This document shows positions 11,260-23,230 of a DNA stretch of 44,946 nt, piece by piece. The notes under the pieces are model-generated. The model was not told the origin of the DNA. It ran no database searches and saw only the letters and a list, made by a program, of their open reading frames with translations. Both the position numbers and the translations under genes were made by a program. Source of the stretch: Ministeria vibrans ATCC 50519 (Eukaryota > Protista > Filasterea). The DNA lies in contig CALSCP010002306.1 of the NCBI GenBank assembly GCA_943704425.1, forward strand, positions 1 to 44,946. The letters run 5' to 3'. Position 1 is the first letter of the stretch; the number at the start of each line of letters is the position of its first letter.

Positions 11260-13914
11260 GTGTGTGTGTGTGTGTGTGTGCTGACGCAGTGACGGTTAAG
11301 GTGCACCTCAGGTGGCGGCGCGCATGGATGCAGGAGCAGAGACACTCGTGCCGGAGATTGGGAAGATTGTCGATGAGTTTGCAGGTCGGGGCTATCGTGC
11401 ACTGGGCGTGGCGGTGTCGGTGTCGCCGCTGGGGGTGCCGGATGACGCCACGGCCGTCTCGTTGGCCGACCTACCCTCGGTTGAAGTACGGCAAACACCC
11501 CAGATGGATTGGTCGCGTCTCATTCTGTTGACCTCATTCATATGTAGGAGACTGAGTGGCAAATGGTGGGACTGATTCCAATGTTTGATCCGCCTCGCGT
11601 GGACTCAGGCGAGACGATCCGTCGTGCCAAGGAGATGGGAGTTGACGTGAAGATGATTACAGGCGACCAGCTGGCCATTGCCAAGGAGACATGTCGCCAG
11701 GTGAGGCACCTCTATTATGCAGTGCAGATCCCCGCGCGATGCTCTTTTTTGATTTATGTATGTGTTGTTACTTTTGGCGCAGTTGGGCATCCCGAACAAC
11801 ATCCACACGACCGACTTCTTCAACCAGTCGACAATGGTCGATGGAGTGTCAATTGAGCGGCTGCTCGAAAAGGCCGATGGGTTTGCCGAGGTGTTTCCTG
11901 AGCATAAGTTTGACATTGTGCGACGGTAAGAGCATAAGAGAGAGAGAGAGGAGGGAGAAAGAAACAAAGTGATAGGGGAGGGAGAAAGAAACAAAGTGAT
12001 AGGGGAGGGAGAAAGAAACAAAGTGATAGGGGAGGGAGAAAGAAACAAATTGATAGGGGAGGGAGAAAGAAACAAAGTGATAGGGGAGGGAGAAAGAGAA
12101 AGAGAAAGAGAGAGAGAGAGAGAGGAGGGAGATAGAAACAAAGTGATAGAGAGAGAGGAGGGAGATAGAGATAGAGAAAGAGGAGAACAAAGTGATAGAG
12201 AGAGAGAGAGGAGAACAAAATGATAAGAGAACTCATTGGTGTGCTACTTGTGTAGTCTTCAAGAGATTGGACACGTGGTGGGAATGACAGGCGATGGAGT
12301 GAACGATGCGCCTGCGCTCAAGAAGGCAGACATTGGGATTGCGGTGGCGGATGCCACTGACGCTGCGCGCTCTGCCGCCGACATTGTCCTGCTGACCCCC
12401 GGTCTCTCTGTCATCATCGACGCTATGGTCGGTTCCCGCAAGATCTTCCAGCGCATGCGGTAAACACAGCTTCACGCACACAGTCTACTCTCGTGCAGTT
12501 GTTGGCCTGAGTGGCTGTGTTTTGCCTTTGAGTTGTTGTCTATATTCTCTCAGAGTGTTTTGCGTTTGAGTTGTTGTCTATATTCTCTCAGAGTTGTGTG
12601 CACTGCATTTTTTTGGCTGTATTTTGGCCCTTCTTCTGACTATATTATATTCTCTCTGTTGTGATTTGGGCACTCACTTTTGGCTCTCTTCTTCTGCAGC
12701 AATTACGCAATGTACAGTGTCACTACGACAGTGCGCATTGTGCTGACCTTTGGACTGCTCACAGTGATCTACAACTGGTACTTTCCAACGATTGTGGTGG
12801 TGATTCTGGCGATCCTCAACGACGGAACGGTCATCACGATCAGCAAAGACCGTGTGCGTCCCAGTCCGACGCCCGACGCTTGGCGTCTCAAAGAGATCTT
12901 TGCTGTGGCCATCTTCCTGGGCGCCTTCCTGGCCTTTTCCAACATCATTCTGTTTGAAGTGGTGTACCGCCACGACTGGCCTGCGTCGGCGACAGGCCTG
13001 CGCTCGCTCAACGAGATTGCCGTCACAAACAGCGGTCTGCTCGGCGGCGACTGCGGGCCCCTTCTCACCCAGGCCGTCACGACCTACTCGGATGTGTACA
13101 AGACGACCAACACGCTCTTCCCGTCGCCCGTCGTTCTCAGCGACTATGTCTTTGACGCTGCTCCCGCCCAGTTCGCCAATGCGTCTCTCCTCACGAACAG
13201 CCTCGCGTGCACCGCCTCTGCCACTCCGCCCGCCGGCTACACCGTCGCCACCACCAGCGTCTTCTGGGCCGCCGGCAGCAACCAGATCAACGCCGTCTCC
13301 TCCGTCATGGACGCCAATGGTGCCTCTCTGTGCGCCTCTTTGCGCGACTGCCAGCTTGCCTGTGCCTGCGGCGAGTTTGTCGATCGCAACGAGCGCCTTC
13401 GCGGCCTCATCTATTTATTTGTGTCCATTACGGGTCAGGCCGTCATCTTCGTCACGCGTGCCGCCACCGTCTCGTGGCTTGAGCGCCCCGCTACCATTCT
13501 CATGTTTGCGTTTGCCTTTGCTCAGGTACCGTCACCTGCAAACAATCATATGAACAGCCTCCTTCTCTTCCCTTCACACTCTAATTGTACGATTCTATTT
13601 AGCTTGTTGCGACGTTCATTGGTGTGTACGGCTTCAATGGATACCCGTCGGGTCGCACGGGCTTCCAGGGATGCGGTTGGGGCTATGCCCTCATGGCCTG
13701 GCTGTGGGCTCTCATCACCTTCCTGCCGCTCGACCTCGTCAAGCACGCCGTTCTCTACTGTCTGTCCCACCGCCTCTCCAACCTCTATTCGCGCACAACC
13801 TTCACCACGCACCTCAATGCAGGCCATCCGTCCGGGCGTCACCTCGCCATCGCGCCAATGGCTTCGTCTGCCGGCGAGCAACGAGTTGCACAGCGACACA
13901 AGTCCAAGGCGTGA
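8389..13914 (+). CDS. PMA1: Plasma-membrane H+-ATPase (P-type IIIA), multi-exon
   Basis: [42 protein letters not shown] (Asp codon 10709), [36 protein letters not shown] and ILAILNDG (proton-acceptor Asp). First exon is 8389-8451 ([12 protein letters not shown]...), spliced in frame to 8553. Confidence 0.95.
10044..10240 (+). repeat. Intronic GT-rich minisatellite (gtgtgtctttgtg) and (GT)n; a related tract lies at 11080-11280
   Basis: Seen directly in two PMA1 introns. Confidence 0.9.
11938..12225 (+). repeat. Intronic 27-35 bp minisatellite (ggagggagaaagaaacaaagtgatag)
   Basis: Tandem copies fill the PMA1 intron that starts at 11926. Confidence 0.9.
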
Positions 13915-14710
13915 GTGTGAGAGAAGAAGCAAAGTGATAGATCATAGGGCGAGATCGAAAAAGAGAGAGAGAGGAAAAAGGATTTATTACACACTCATTC
14001 AGCCAATCATACATCAACGCGAAAAAAAAAGAAACGCAGAAAGTGGCGAAGAAAAACGCTTCAGACGACACCACCACGGCCGTCGCGTGTGAAGCAATGT
14101 CCCCTCGTCGACCAAGGCATGGCTGCGTGGTGCCGTTGGTTGGGATCGCTCATTTCGTCACACGCGTCGCACAAAGATGAAATCTTCGAAAACGTACACC
14201 TTGTCCGTTGCGTGCAGTAGGTGAATCAAATGCAGTAGTATCAATCATTCAAGGAGGCGATCGTCGTGGAGCCATCGGTGGAGCTACAAGCAAAGAAAAG
14301 AAGATCAAAAAAGAAAAAAAAAAAAAAAATGTGCAAGGCCAACCATAGTGCACGATGGTGGAAGATCCTTCGTGTAACAGACACATGGTCTCACAATAAA
14401 CATTCTAGCTCGTAGTGCAAAATCGGCAGCGGTACAGGACACCTCAGACGAAGGGTTTCGACATTTATATGGTGTATGAAGACCAATGCGAAGATCAATT
14501 AGAGCAGGAGGAAACACGCAGAAGGGGAAGGGACAGCTCACAAAGATGCTTACTTCTTATGAATGGAAAAGTGTGAGTGTGCACTGTGCAGTGAGTGAAG
14601 TCTTGAACGATTTTTATCTCTTTTTCAGCTCCCAATCCATTTCGCCTGATCCACATTGGATTGCGGTTCCATCGGCCATCCAAATGTTCACTAATCACTA
14701 ATGTTGGACC

Positions 14711-14781
14711 AAATACATCCAAATCCATCGAAATCCATTCAAATCCATCCAAATCTATTCATAATCTATTCAAATCCATCC
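14711..14781 (+). repeat. Decamer tandem repeat (AAATCCATCC-like), about 7 copies
   Basis: aaatacatcc aaatccatcg aaatccattc aaatccatcc aaatctattc... in intergenic DNA. Confidence 0.8.
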
Positions 14782-15022
14782 TAAAACCCCCGATATGTGC
14801 CCTTTCACCCTTTTCTTACCTCAGGGGGGTCCATTCGATCCCGCTAAAGTGCTAAAAATACTCACTCACTGCTAATATTTAAAAATTATCAAGTAATTAC
14901 TGATTATTACGAAATGTGCGGATTATTAAAGTCATGACCTATAATACACGTCACGACCTCAATCAAATAGTAGGTCACGACTTGAACTTCATGTAGACGG
15001 ATACCATCAGAAAACAAAAAGT

Positions 15023-18000
15023 TTACTTTTCAATGGGACAGGCAAAACAGGGACGAGCAAGAGAAGAGCACTGGGACTGAACAACGACAGGACTTATGGT
15101 GGTGACAGTAAAAGTGGCGTGGGCGGTGTGGTCAGGAAAGCGTCGCAGCTGATGCGCCTGTGGACCAGACGACGACGGCTGAGCACCACCAAACCACACG
15201 TCGTACGTGCCAGCGTTGATCACTCGGTCGCCAGCCTCGTTCACCGTCGACATGGCCCATGGGTCCAGCTCAAATTCAACTGTTTGTGACATTCCGGCCT
15301 TCAGGTGGATGCGAGTGAATCCTGTACAAACAAAGGAAATAAATCATTCATCAAAAATTGCAGGATACCTTGGAGGGTAAGGATGGGCACGGGGTAGGTG
15401 GACTGACGAGGAGCACGCACATAGAGCTGGACAACTTCGTCGCCATCATGAACACCGGTGTTGGTGACAGATGCGGAGACGGAGACGGATGCACAGGCGG
15501 CAGGGGAGTGCGATGAGAGTGCAAGCGATGTGTACGCAAACGAAGTGAACGAGAGCCCATAGCCAAAGGGATACACAACTTCGCCAGTGTCTACACAAAA
15601 TCAGTTGGTCAATGCACTCTCTCCAAAAGCAGTGTTGTCAATACAATAGCGGTAGGTGAAGCCCGCACCACTGGTCATGTTGTACTCGTCAAGCGCAGGC
15701 TGAGGCGTTGCCAGCGCATCGACAATGGTCACGGGCAAACGACCAGCTGGATTGTACGCACCCAAAATAACCTGAATACACAAAATTACTATTTGAAACA
15801 CCGTTTTGGTGCATTTCTTACGTCGGCAATCGCCCGACCGGCATACGGACCAGCATAGAACTAAATAATAATGAACATTCAGCCGTTTACATAAAAATCA
15901 AATCTTACGGTGTCAATAATGGCACCGACTCGCGCACTCGCTGCTTCAGCCGCAACGGACACTGCGCCGCCATGCATGAGCACAAGAACGACAGGGCCCG
16001 TGGTGGCAGCGGCCACGGCGGCAACAAGCTCGTGCTGACAGCCTGGAAGACCATATATATTGACGCTTTGGCCGGTGCACGTCGTGGGCTTTCGGTCGTG
16101 GCCTGAGTTACATGTCAATAAAACAAGTCGCTTTTTTTTCTCTCTAGCTCTTATCATTTCACGACCTTCTCCCTCCATTGAGCTATCAAGTCCCATCACG
16201 AGAACTGTTAAGTCGGCCTTGGCAGCAGCACTCGTCGCGTCGTCAAAGTCACTCCTGTTGGCACACTCCACATTGGCGCATCCTAGTGAGAGAGAGAAAC
16301 AAATAAAAAATTGATAGAGAAAAAAAGAGAGAGAAACAAATAACAAATTGATGGAGAAAAAGAGAGAAGGGAAGGGTTAGGGTCAAGATCCAAACGGGAC
16401 GGACAAGAGAACGCTTTCGCTTACCTTTCACAACTGCAACGTTGGCGCTGGTAAGAGCGTCAGTAAGGGCGGACGCGACAGTGGAGACCTATGCAGAGTA
16501 GGTATGTACAAGAAGTCTAAGCCACGCAAAAGCGCGTCTTTCGCGGGAAGGAAGAGCACACTACCGTCTCGGGGTTGGGGATGCCTTGGTAGTTGCCAAG
16601 GGCCTTCAGTTCCGCGTTGGGCCCAATGACGGCAACATTATGCAGTACCCGAGGGTCCAGAGGAAGAGTCGCATTGTCATTTTTCAGGAGAACCATGCTC
16701 GTGAGTGATTTTAAGATTGAGTGCGCGGTTTTTGGACGTGTCAAGGTGCGTGGCATCAATTCGTTGGTACGGCACTCGCTGGGCACTGTCAAAGTCGCCT
16801 AAACGCCTGAAAATAAAAAGTCAGAACAAAAAATCCCAGGCTCGGTACTTGTGTGCTTACATGCGCAACATCATGTTGCGCCACACGCTCTCGCGAATGG
16901 TGTCGAGGCGGACAAGACCGTCGGCGACGGCAGCGCCAAGGTGCTTCGAGTAGACGGCGTCGTGCCCGAGATCAAGATCCGTGGAGGCTAAAACGAGAGC
17001 GCAGACACATCAAAGAATGGAAAAGGTGTTGTGTGCGCGCCGCTAGCTTACCGTTCATTGACACGGCGGCTGCTCTGCGCTCAAGTTGAGTCAATAAGGA
17101 TGAATGCATTGCATCAAGACGATAAAATATAACTTAGTAGCTTACTGTTCGGCGGTCGGGACAAACTTGTGCGTGGTGTAGACCATTTCTATTCCACCGT
17201 TGTCGCTGCACTGCAACGTTAAATACAACACACGGCATTGTCAATACACCGAGCGTTGTTTGACGGACTCACTGCCTTACCACTGAAATATTGTGTCCAC
17301 CAAATCCTACACAGTCAGCAGAAATTAGCGGTGAGTGAGTGAGTGACTGGCTTGACGTACGCTCACGAAGCACTTTGCGAAGTAGAAAGTCGTTGGCACA
17401 GTCTGGAGCGCCATTCTCAGAGCCTGCAGTGCGCAGCGCCGAGTAGGCGGGCATAATCTGAGCTGTTTCGCCACCTTTGACGGCCGCTTCAAACGCAGGC
17501 AAATACGTATCGTAGAGCGAGAACGTGTCCACAACCTACAAAAAAAAAGGTCTCTCTGTGAACAACAACCGCCAAAAAGAAAAGGGGTCTTGCCGCTGTA
17601 AATGTCTCGCGCTCCGCGTCGGGTCCGTCATGAACGGCAAAATGCTTGGCACAGGCCGCAATCTTCAAATATCGGGGGTCTTCGCCCCGTTGGATTCCGC
17701 GGATGTATCGGGCGCCGAGACGACCCGTCATAAAGGGGCACTCGGAGTAAATCTCCTCACTGCGTCCGTATAGGGCGCTCCTCTCGACATTCACATTGGG
17801 TGAAAAGCAATTGAGTCCACTTGCTTCGGGCGAATCGCCCGAGTACACACCCAAGGCACTACAAGTAGGAAAAGAACGGCACTGAGACGACCAAACAACC
17901 CGTATTGCACGTACATGTTGTGAAGGGCACGCCCCTCGTCGCTCGTGACCTGTCCGGCTGCAAGCAGCGACTCTTCATTGAACCCACACGCCATGGAAGG

Positions 18001-18811
18001 CGGGCTGGGAAACACAGTCCAGTAGGTGCCTTGTGGCCCTACCGTTCGTATTGCAGAGGCAAGAACACGCTGTTAAACACACCTCCTCAATGATGACTTT
18101 GCATGGTCGGATTGACGTACAGGGATCAGGGCCATTTGTCCAACCGTGAACGCAGTTCGAACGCCAGTTCATTGCCTTGAGGCCCAGCCGTGGGATAGCG
18201 GGCGCAATGGACCAACTACAAGAAATGCAAGTTCAAAGTACACCGATAACACCAAAGCACCGTTACGTTTGGCCGATCAACTCCGTCTCGTTCATTCGGC
18301 CCACCAAATCGTCAACACCTGCAACAAAAATCAAAACACACATCGTCGCAAGGCGCGCTTACGCTTCTCCCAGCCAAGGCTCGGATCGCAATAAGGATAG
18401 GAGCTTTGTGGCACACTCTGGCAATCGATGCTGGGCACAGGGGGAGCAGGAGGAGGCACAGGGACAGAGCGATAGCCGGAGACAGCGCCAGCTTCGCTTT
18501 TTTGCGTCTCATTGTTGTAGTGGAGATAGCAAGCGCCCTTCTGCGATCCAGACGGGTGAAAGGTAAACGCTAGGCAAGTCGCCATGGCGTTGCATCGGTC
18601 GCAACATTCGCCCACGTCAGAGGCCTGTGCCGACGAGATGTCGTGTGTACTACGAGGGCGGAGCGGTTTGCAATTCGTTTCGTTTCTTCGTCCAACTGAA
18701 GAGCCCGTACTATCCGATGACAACATCACTCACGACGGTGCAGTTAGGCGCACCCATTACCATTGCGAAGGTGGCAAACATCGCAAGAGCGAGCGCTATC
18801 GTGGCCTTCAT
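15023..18811 (-). CDS. Secreted GH3 beta-xylosidase/beta-glucosidase with N-terminal PAN/Apple-like domain and C-terminal FnIII-like domain; apparent frameshift near 16698
   Basis: Signal peptide MKATIALALAMFATFAM. Motifs: YPYCDPSL, APAIPRLGL, FSPNVN...YGRSEE.YSECP, ACAKHF, DTYLPAFE, CSDNGG (nucleophile Asp), SMVLLKN, VAVIGPNA, EGEGHDR, NPAGRLPVT, YPFGYGLSFT, GDEVVQLY. The first splice junction is uncertain. Confidence 0.88.
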
Positions 18812-19150
18812 ACCAATGAAAAAATTAAAAGAAAAAATTAGAATCTTTTAACTTTTTTCAATCACCTCACGCAACGTGACGAATGTTTCATATGTTGCTA
18901 CAAAAACAATATCAATACAATAGACACCATCAGAAACATATACTGACGGACGAGAAACTGCAAATTACTCTTGACTCGGCTTTAAATCATTTCCAAAACT
19001 ATTCACAAAATCCAAATTTGCCCAAAACTTAAGCCATTCAAATGTCACCCCTTTCAAACGCACTCCCAACACTACTTCCACACCCTCCACAACCCCTGGC
19101 CTTCTTCATGGGGAGAGTGAAAAGAACTCTTCCAGGAGAAATCTAAAGCA

Positions 19151-19157
19151 NNNNNNN
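19151..19157. other. Assembly gap
   Basis: Run of n. Confidence 0.99.
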
Positions 19158-19324
19158 CCCCCCCCCCCCTCTCTCTATCTCTCTCTCTCTTACTCACTCA
19201 CTCTCATTATCGCCCAACTTCAATGGGAGAATTCACCCGCACTCGCACTCGCTCTCTTTCTCGCTCGCCCACACCTTTGACTTCGACAAATTACGATTCG
19301 CATAGATTGGCGCACTCTAGAGAG

Positions 19325-19526
19325 TGTTTGATAATGGGTCAGACGAGTTCCCTTGGGGGATGTCCAAAGCGGCAAACACGCCAAACAGTCCCTTGGGCCC
19401 TTGCCAGGCGACTCAGTCGCGCACTTCGATGAGGTGAGAGACGCATGGAGATGCGTCCGCCAAGTGTCCAATACTCATTGCATAGACAGCGCGGGGCGTT
19501 TTCTCGTCGTTTGATGCGGCAAACAT
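19325..19526 (-). pseudogene. Possible degraded SET-domain N-terminal fragment
   Basis: Reads LIEVRD*VAWQGPKGLFGVFAALDI, then with a 1-nt shift in a C5 run, PKGTRLTHY. This resembles the SET N-terminal motif (xEVxxS...GxGVFAxxDIxKGxxIxxY). Confidence 0.3.
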
Positions 19527-19607
19527 CACGGAATTACGCAAAAAAGGAACTCTGTAAAAAACGAGACTTGGAAGCCAATGTGTATTATCGGTTCTATTAC
19601 TTTTATA

Positions 19608-22558
19608 TTATGAGTAACTCTGATATTGCACAGCGGACTCGCCTGGATCTTCAACAACGTTATTGAGGAGGACACCCCCACGCGACGACCGAGTGTTGCG
19701 GCGACGAACAATGAGCACAAGCGCAACACCAAGGAAGGCGACAATGACCAGCGCAAGCGCCACAATGACGATGACAAGACCTTTGCTACTGCTGTTGGTG
19801 TCGTCGTCGTCAGACGAGTGGTGGCGCGGAGGAGATGGCTCGGCAACACACACGCCCGTATAATCGCACACATGTATGCCGGTGCACGCGGGAGTGCATG
19901 CGACCGGCGTGCACGCCGTGGTGTGGGCGATATTGGCGAGCGATGCGGGACACACGCAGAAGGGCAAGGCATTCGCCTGCTCGTACGCCAGACCGCCCGT
20001 CCCACATGAATATGTTGCCTGTGACGGGGAGAGAATGGCCAGTCCGACCGTGTCAATGGGCGCGTGCGCCTCAGTCATCCAGGCAAGTGACAAAAAAGAT
20101 GTCCACTGGACAGGTTGTGAGCTGGCGCCATCCACCCACAGGTTGTCGGAGAAGGCGATCACGTCAAAGGCAAAGAGTGGTCCGGCCAGAGAGAGTGACA
20201 CGGCGGGTCCTACCACCGGAGCGGGGTAGAGGGCGCCGGCAGAGGTGCCAACAGTGTTGACGGTGAACAGCTCGACGGCCGTCGTGCCGTCGGGAAGAGC
20301 GGTGCGTGCAACAACGGCATACAGATTCCGATAGAGAGGAGCAAGGTCGACAACAGAGAGGGAGCTGATTGTAATTGGATTGGCCGTGAGCACTATTGCC
20401 GGAACAGGCATTGTCAGCGCCAAGGTAATCGTGTTAACGGTGGCAGTGACAAAAAAAAGGTACGCGCCAGGGCACTCGACCGCAAATGCCTCGTTTTTCG
20501 GACAGAGACGGTAGACTGCCGCGAACGAGGACGAGCTAGAGGCTGTTTGCGGAGTGAAGGACAATACGGCATACTCGTTGAAGAAGAGGGCCGAGGTGGC
20601 GCCAAGAGTGATGCCGCCCGCGTTGTACAGAGCTGCACGCAGCCAATACGAATTGAAGTACTGGTCGCCTGCCGCCGATGACCCCACCGCCTCGTTGTAG
20701 CCAATGGTGTAGAGTGTATCAGAGAGAGCCACGGTCGCCGTGTCGACCGTGGCAAGGATAGATGATATGCCTTGGAGCGCGGTGATACTTGCAAGAATGT
20801 TCAGGACATCGCCTGTGCTGGAGAGGGTCGCCACGACAGTTTTTACAGAGACACTTGAGAGAGAGGCAGTGACATAGGTGGCAGCAAAATTCCCACTTGT
20901 ACCCAGAGCAGCGACACTGAGCGAGTTTGGAACAATTTCAGTGTCGAGATGAACACGCGACGCGAGGGAGACGCCAGTGGGCACGTTGGTTGAGCCCGAG
21001 TAGGAGATGTCGATGGACACAAGAGAACCCATGTTGGTGGCGAGAACGGCGGCGGTCGGTCCGGTCGCAACGAGTGCGGCAATAGACAAGGCAGTGCTGT
21101 CTGTTTGCCCCCCAAGTGCTGCGACGGCCAGCGTGACAGTGCTTGCTGCCACATACGACAGTTGCGTGGTTCCGAAGGTGTCGACCTCCTGTACTACAGT
21201 CGCAATGCACACGGAGATGGTGAGTGTGTCTGAGGTGGCAACAAGAATGTTGCCGCGGGGCAAGGCAGTCGTGGGCCATGGCCATGAGCCTGCACTCGCG
21301 GGTGAGCCAGAGGGTAGAGGCATACGAACAGATTTGATCGAGGCAGAATCACTAAAGTAGACGGTGGGTGTGGCAAAGCCACATGCGTCGGAGGGGCTTC
21401 CCGCCAGGAGGTGAGGGGACGCCTGGGGGGCGCTTGTGGGGTCGTACGAAAGGGTGCGTGCGACGCACATGATACTTGTGCTGGGAGACGCATACATCGT
21501 AGATGAGTCGGCTGTGCTGGGGTTGCACGAAAATGTAGAGGGAAAATAATTATCACCATTGAAGGTGGTTGTGTTGGACGGGCACGCACACACTCGTTGG
21601 TCTGTTGAGCTGGGGCCCACGTTACAGGTGGAATCGATAGTACCCGGTGGACAGGCAGCTACAAAGATTGAATTATGTACAAAACCTGCAGTTTCTGGGT
21701 GGAGAGTTTACGTACCACCCGGCATCGGAGGAGGGAGAGGAGGGGACGACGAGGGAGACGGCTGTGGCGGAGGCGGTGGCGCCGCTCCGCAGCCATTGGG
21801 ACAAGCACATTGGGTTGTCACAGTGATATCATACTCCTTCTGTGTCGTCTCACCCTGAGCGGTCATAACCGGTGTCGTCGTACCTTGTTGGCAAGTCTGA
21901 AAAGGCGAGAGAGTGAGATCAAAAATTTCGTTCATGTGCTCCTGACCAAATGCGCAGTCGACTGGCGAGCATCACTGCCCCCCGTGTACACAACATCGAC
22001 GCCGCCAGCGACCTCAGTATACCTGGCCGAGCCAACCGTGCCGCACGAGTAGTAGTTTGTGAGAGTCTCGTCACCCTGACACACGGCGGTGCCGGTGCCG
22101 CACGAGAGATCACCGCTTCCTTCCGTGACACCTCCACAAAACTAAATAAACTTTGTTGAATTGTTTACATCGCGAAACATACTTACGTTGTAGTAAAATG
22201 TGTATGACGATGGGTCTTTCGCCGAATATCCATCGGTTGTCTCCAAGCTTTCAAAATTGTACACCTAAATATTTATTATTATTATTATTATTATATTTTT
22301 GGGGTTAGCGTGAAATGCGAACGTCTCTTACGTTCCCTGTGGGTCCCGTGAACAAGCAAGGCTGGCTGGTGCTACGGACCAATAGTCCCTTGTCTGTAGC
22401 AACAGCGGGCGTTCCAAATACGTTGCAGAGTAGGAGAACACTGCAAAAAGAATGCAAAAATCGTAAAAAAAAAGCGATTTCCGAATTTGAATGAAATTTG
22501 GATACCTTGCCACCGTCCGAGCCCCAATTACTCGACTGAATACCGTTATTGCTTTCAT
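19608..22558 (-). CDS. Type I membrane protein: signal peptide, MRH (mannose-6-phosphate receptor homology)-like domain, Pro-rich linker, large Ser/Thr-rich beta region, Cys-rich/EGF-like unit, TM helix and short tail
   Basis: Spliced N-terminus MKAITVFSRVIGARTVAS|VLLLCNVFG...CLFTGPTGN|VYNFESL...YTFYYN|FCGGV...C...AVCQ...YYSCG...GVDVVYTGG...RQSTAHL|TC...YDITVTTQCAC follows the MRH/CIMR repeat pattern. C-terminal TM GLVIVIVALALVIVAFLGVALVLIV is followed by RRR. Confidence 0.75.
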
Positions 22559-23224
22559 GGAATGTGCTACACATATATCAGGATTCGCTACTCAGTGAAT
22601 CATCAAAATCAATCAATGGGCACAATGAAGGTACAATAATATTCATAATAAGCGAGGGCAGCGTTCACATGAAATTACCGCCCTCCGCCATCATACCCTT
22701 CACCAACACACTAAATATATACACATCCAACGTTGTGCCAGAAGCCCAGAACAAAATGCCCCAATTTGCCAGGGTTAGCAGTGTTTCGTGTTGGTCACAT
22801 CAACGGAACAGACGCCACGAACACCGTACACTCTAAACTGCACAACCCATACACGTACTGCTTAGCTTTGTGTATTCGCAGAAGGAGGCACACTGAGAAC
22901 TTAGAAAAAGCAGTGGGTAGGTGATCCTGAATCCTGTATTCCGTTTTTCCATATTAATTGATTCGAGATCGATTCAATTCACTGCTCTCGCCCCCACCCA
23001 TGACCCACGTCTACCAACTCACGCCAACCACCAACGGAGAACGCCTGAGCGTCATCCCGGTAGACAGGCGCGTTCTTTTGCAATCCAGAGTCGAGGCGGA
23101 CATGTTTCTGTTGACCCTTAGTAACGTCGCGCTGTAAATGTCTTCTCTCCGCCTTCTCTCTTCTCTCTAGTTCTTTGAAAACAACAACGCAGCCATCAAT
23201 GGCAAATTGGCAATGATTGACCAA

Positions 23225-23230
23225 NNNNNN
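23225..23230. other. Assembly gap with about 32 bp duplicated on both sides (unmerged contig overlap)
   Basis: ccatcaatggcaaattggcaatgattgaccaa appears at 23193-23224 and again at 23231-23262. Confidence 0.9.

Noticed and set aside
11605-12236. Repetitive hydrophobic ORFs ([15 protein letters not shown], and similar ones at 29833-30583)
   Set aside because: They are translations of intronic mini- and microsatellites.
22600-23224. Short ORFs upstream of the MRH gene
   Set aside because: No recognisable motif or consistent exon chain, and the region abuts an assembly gap.
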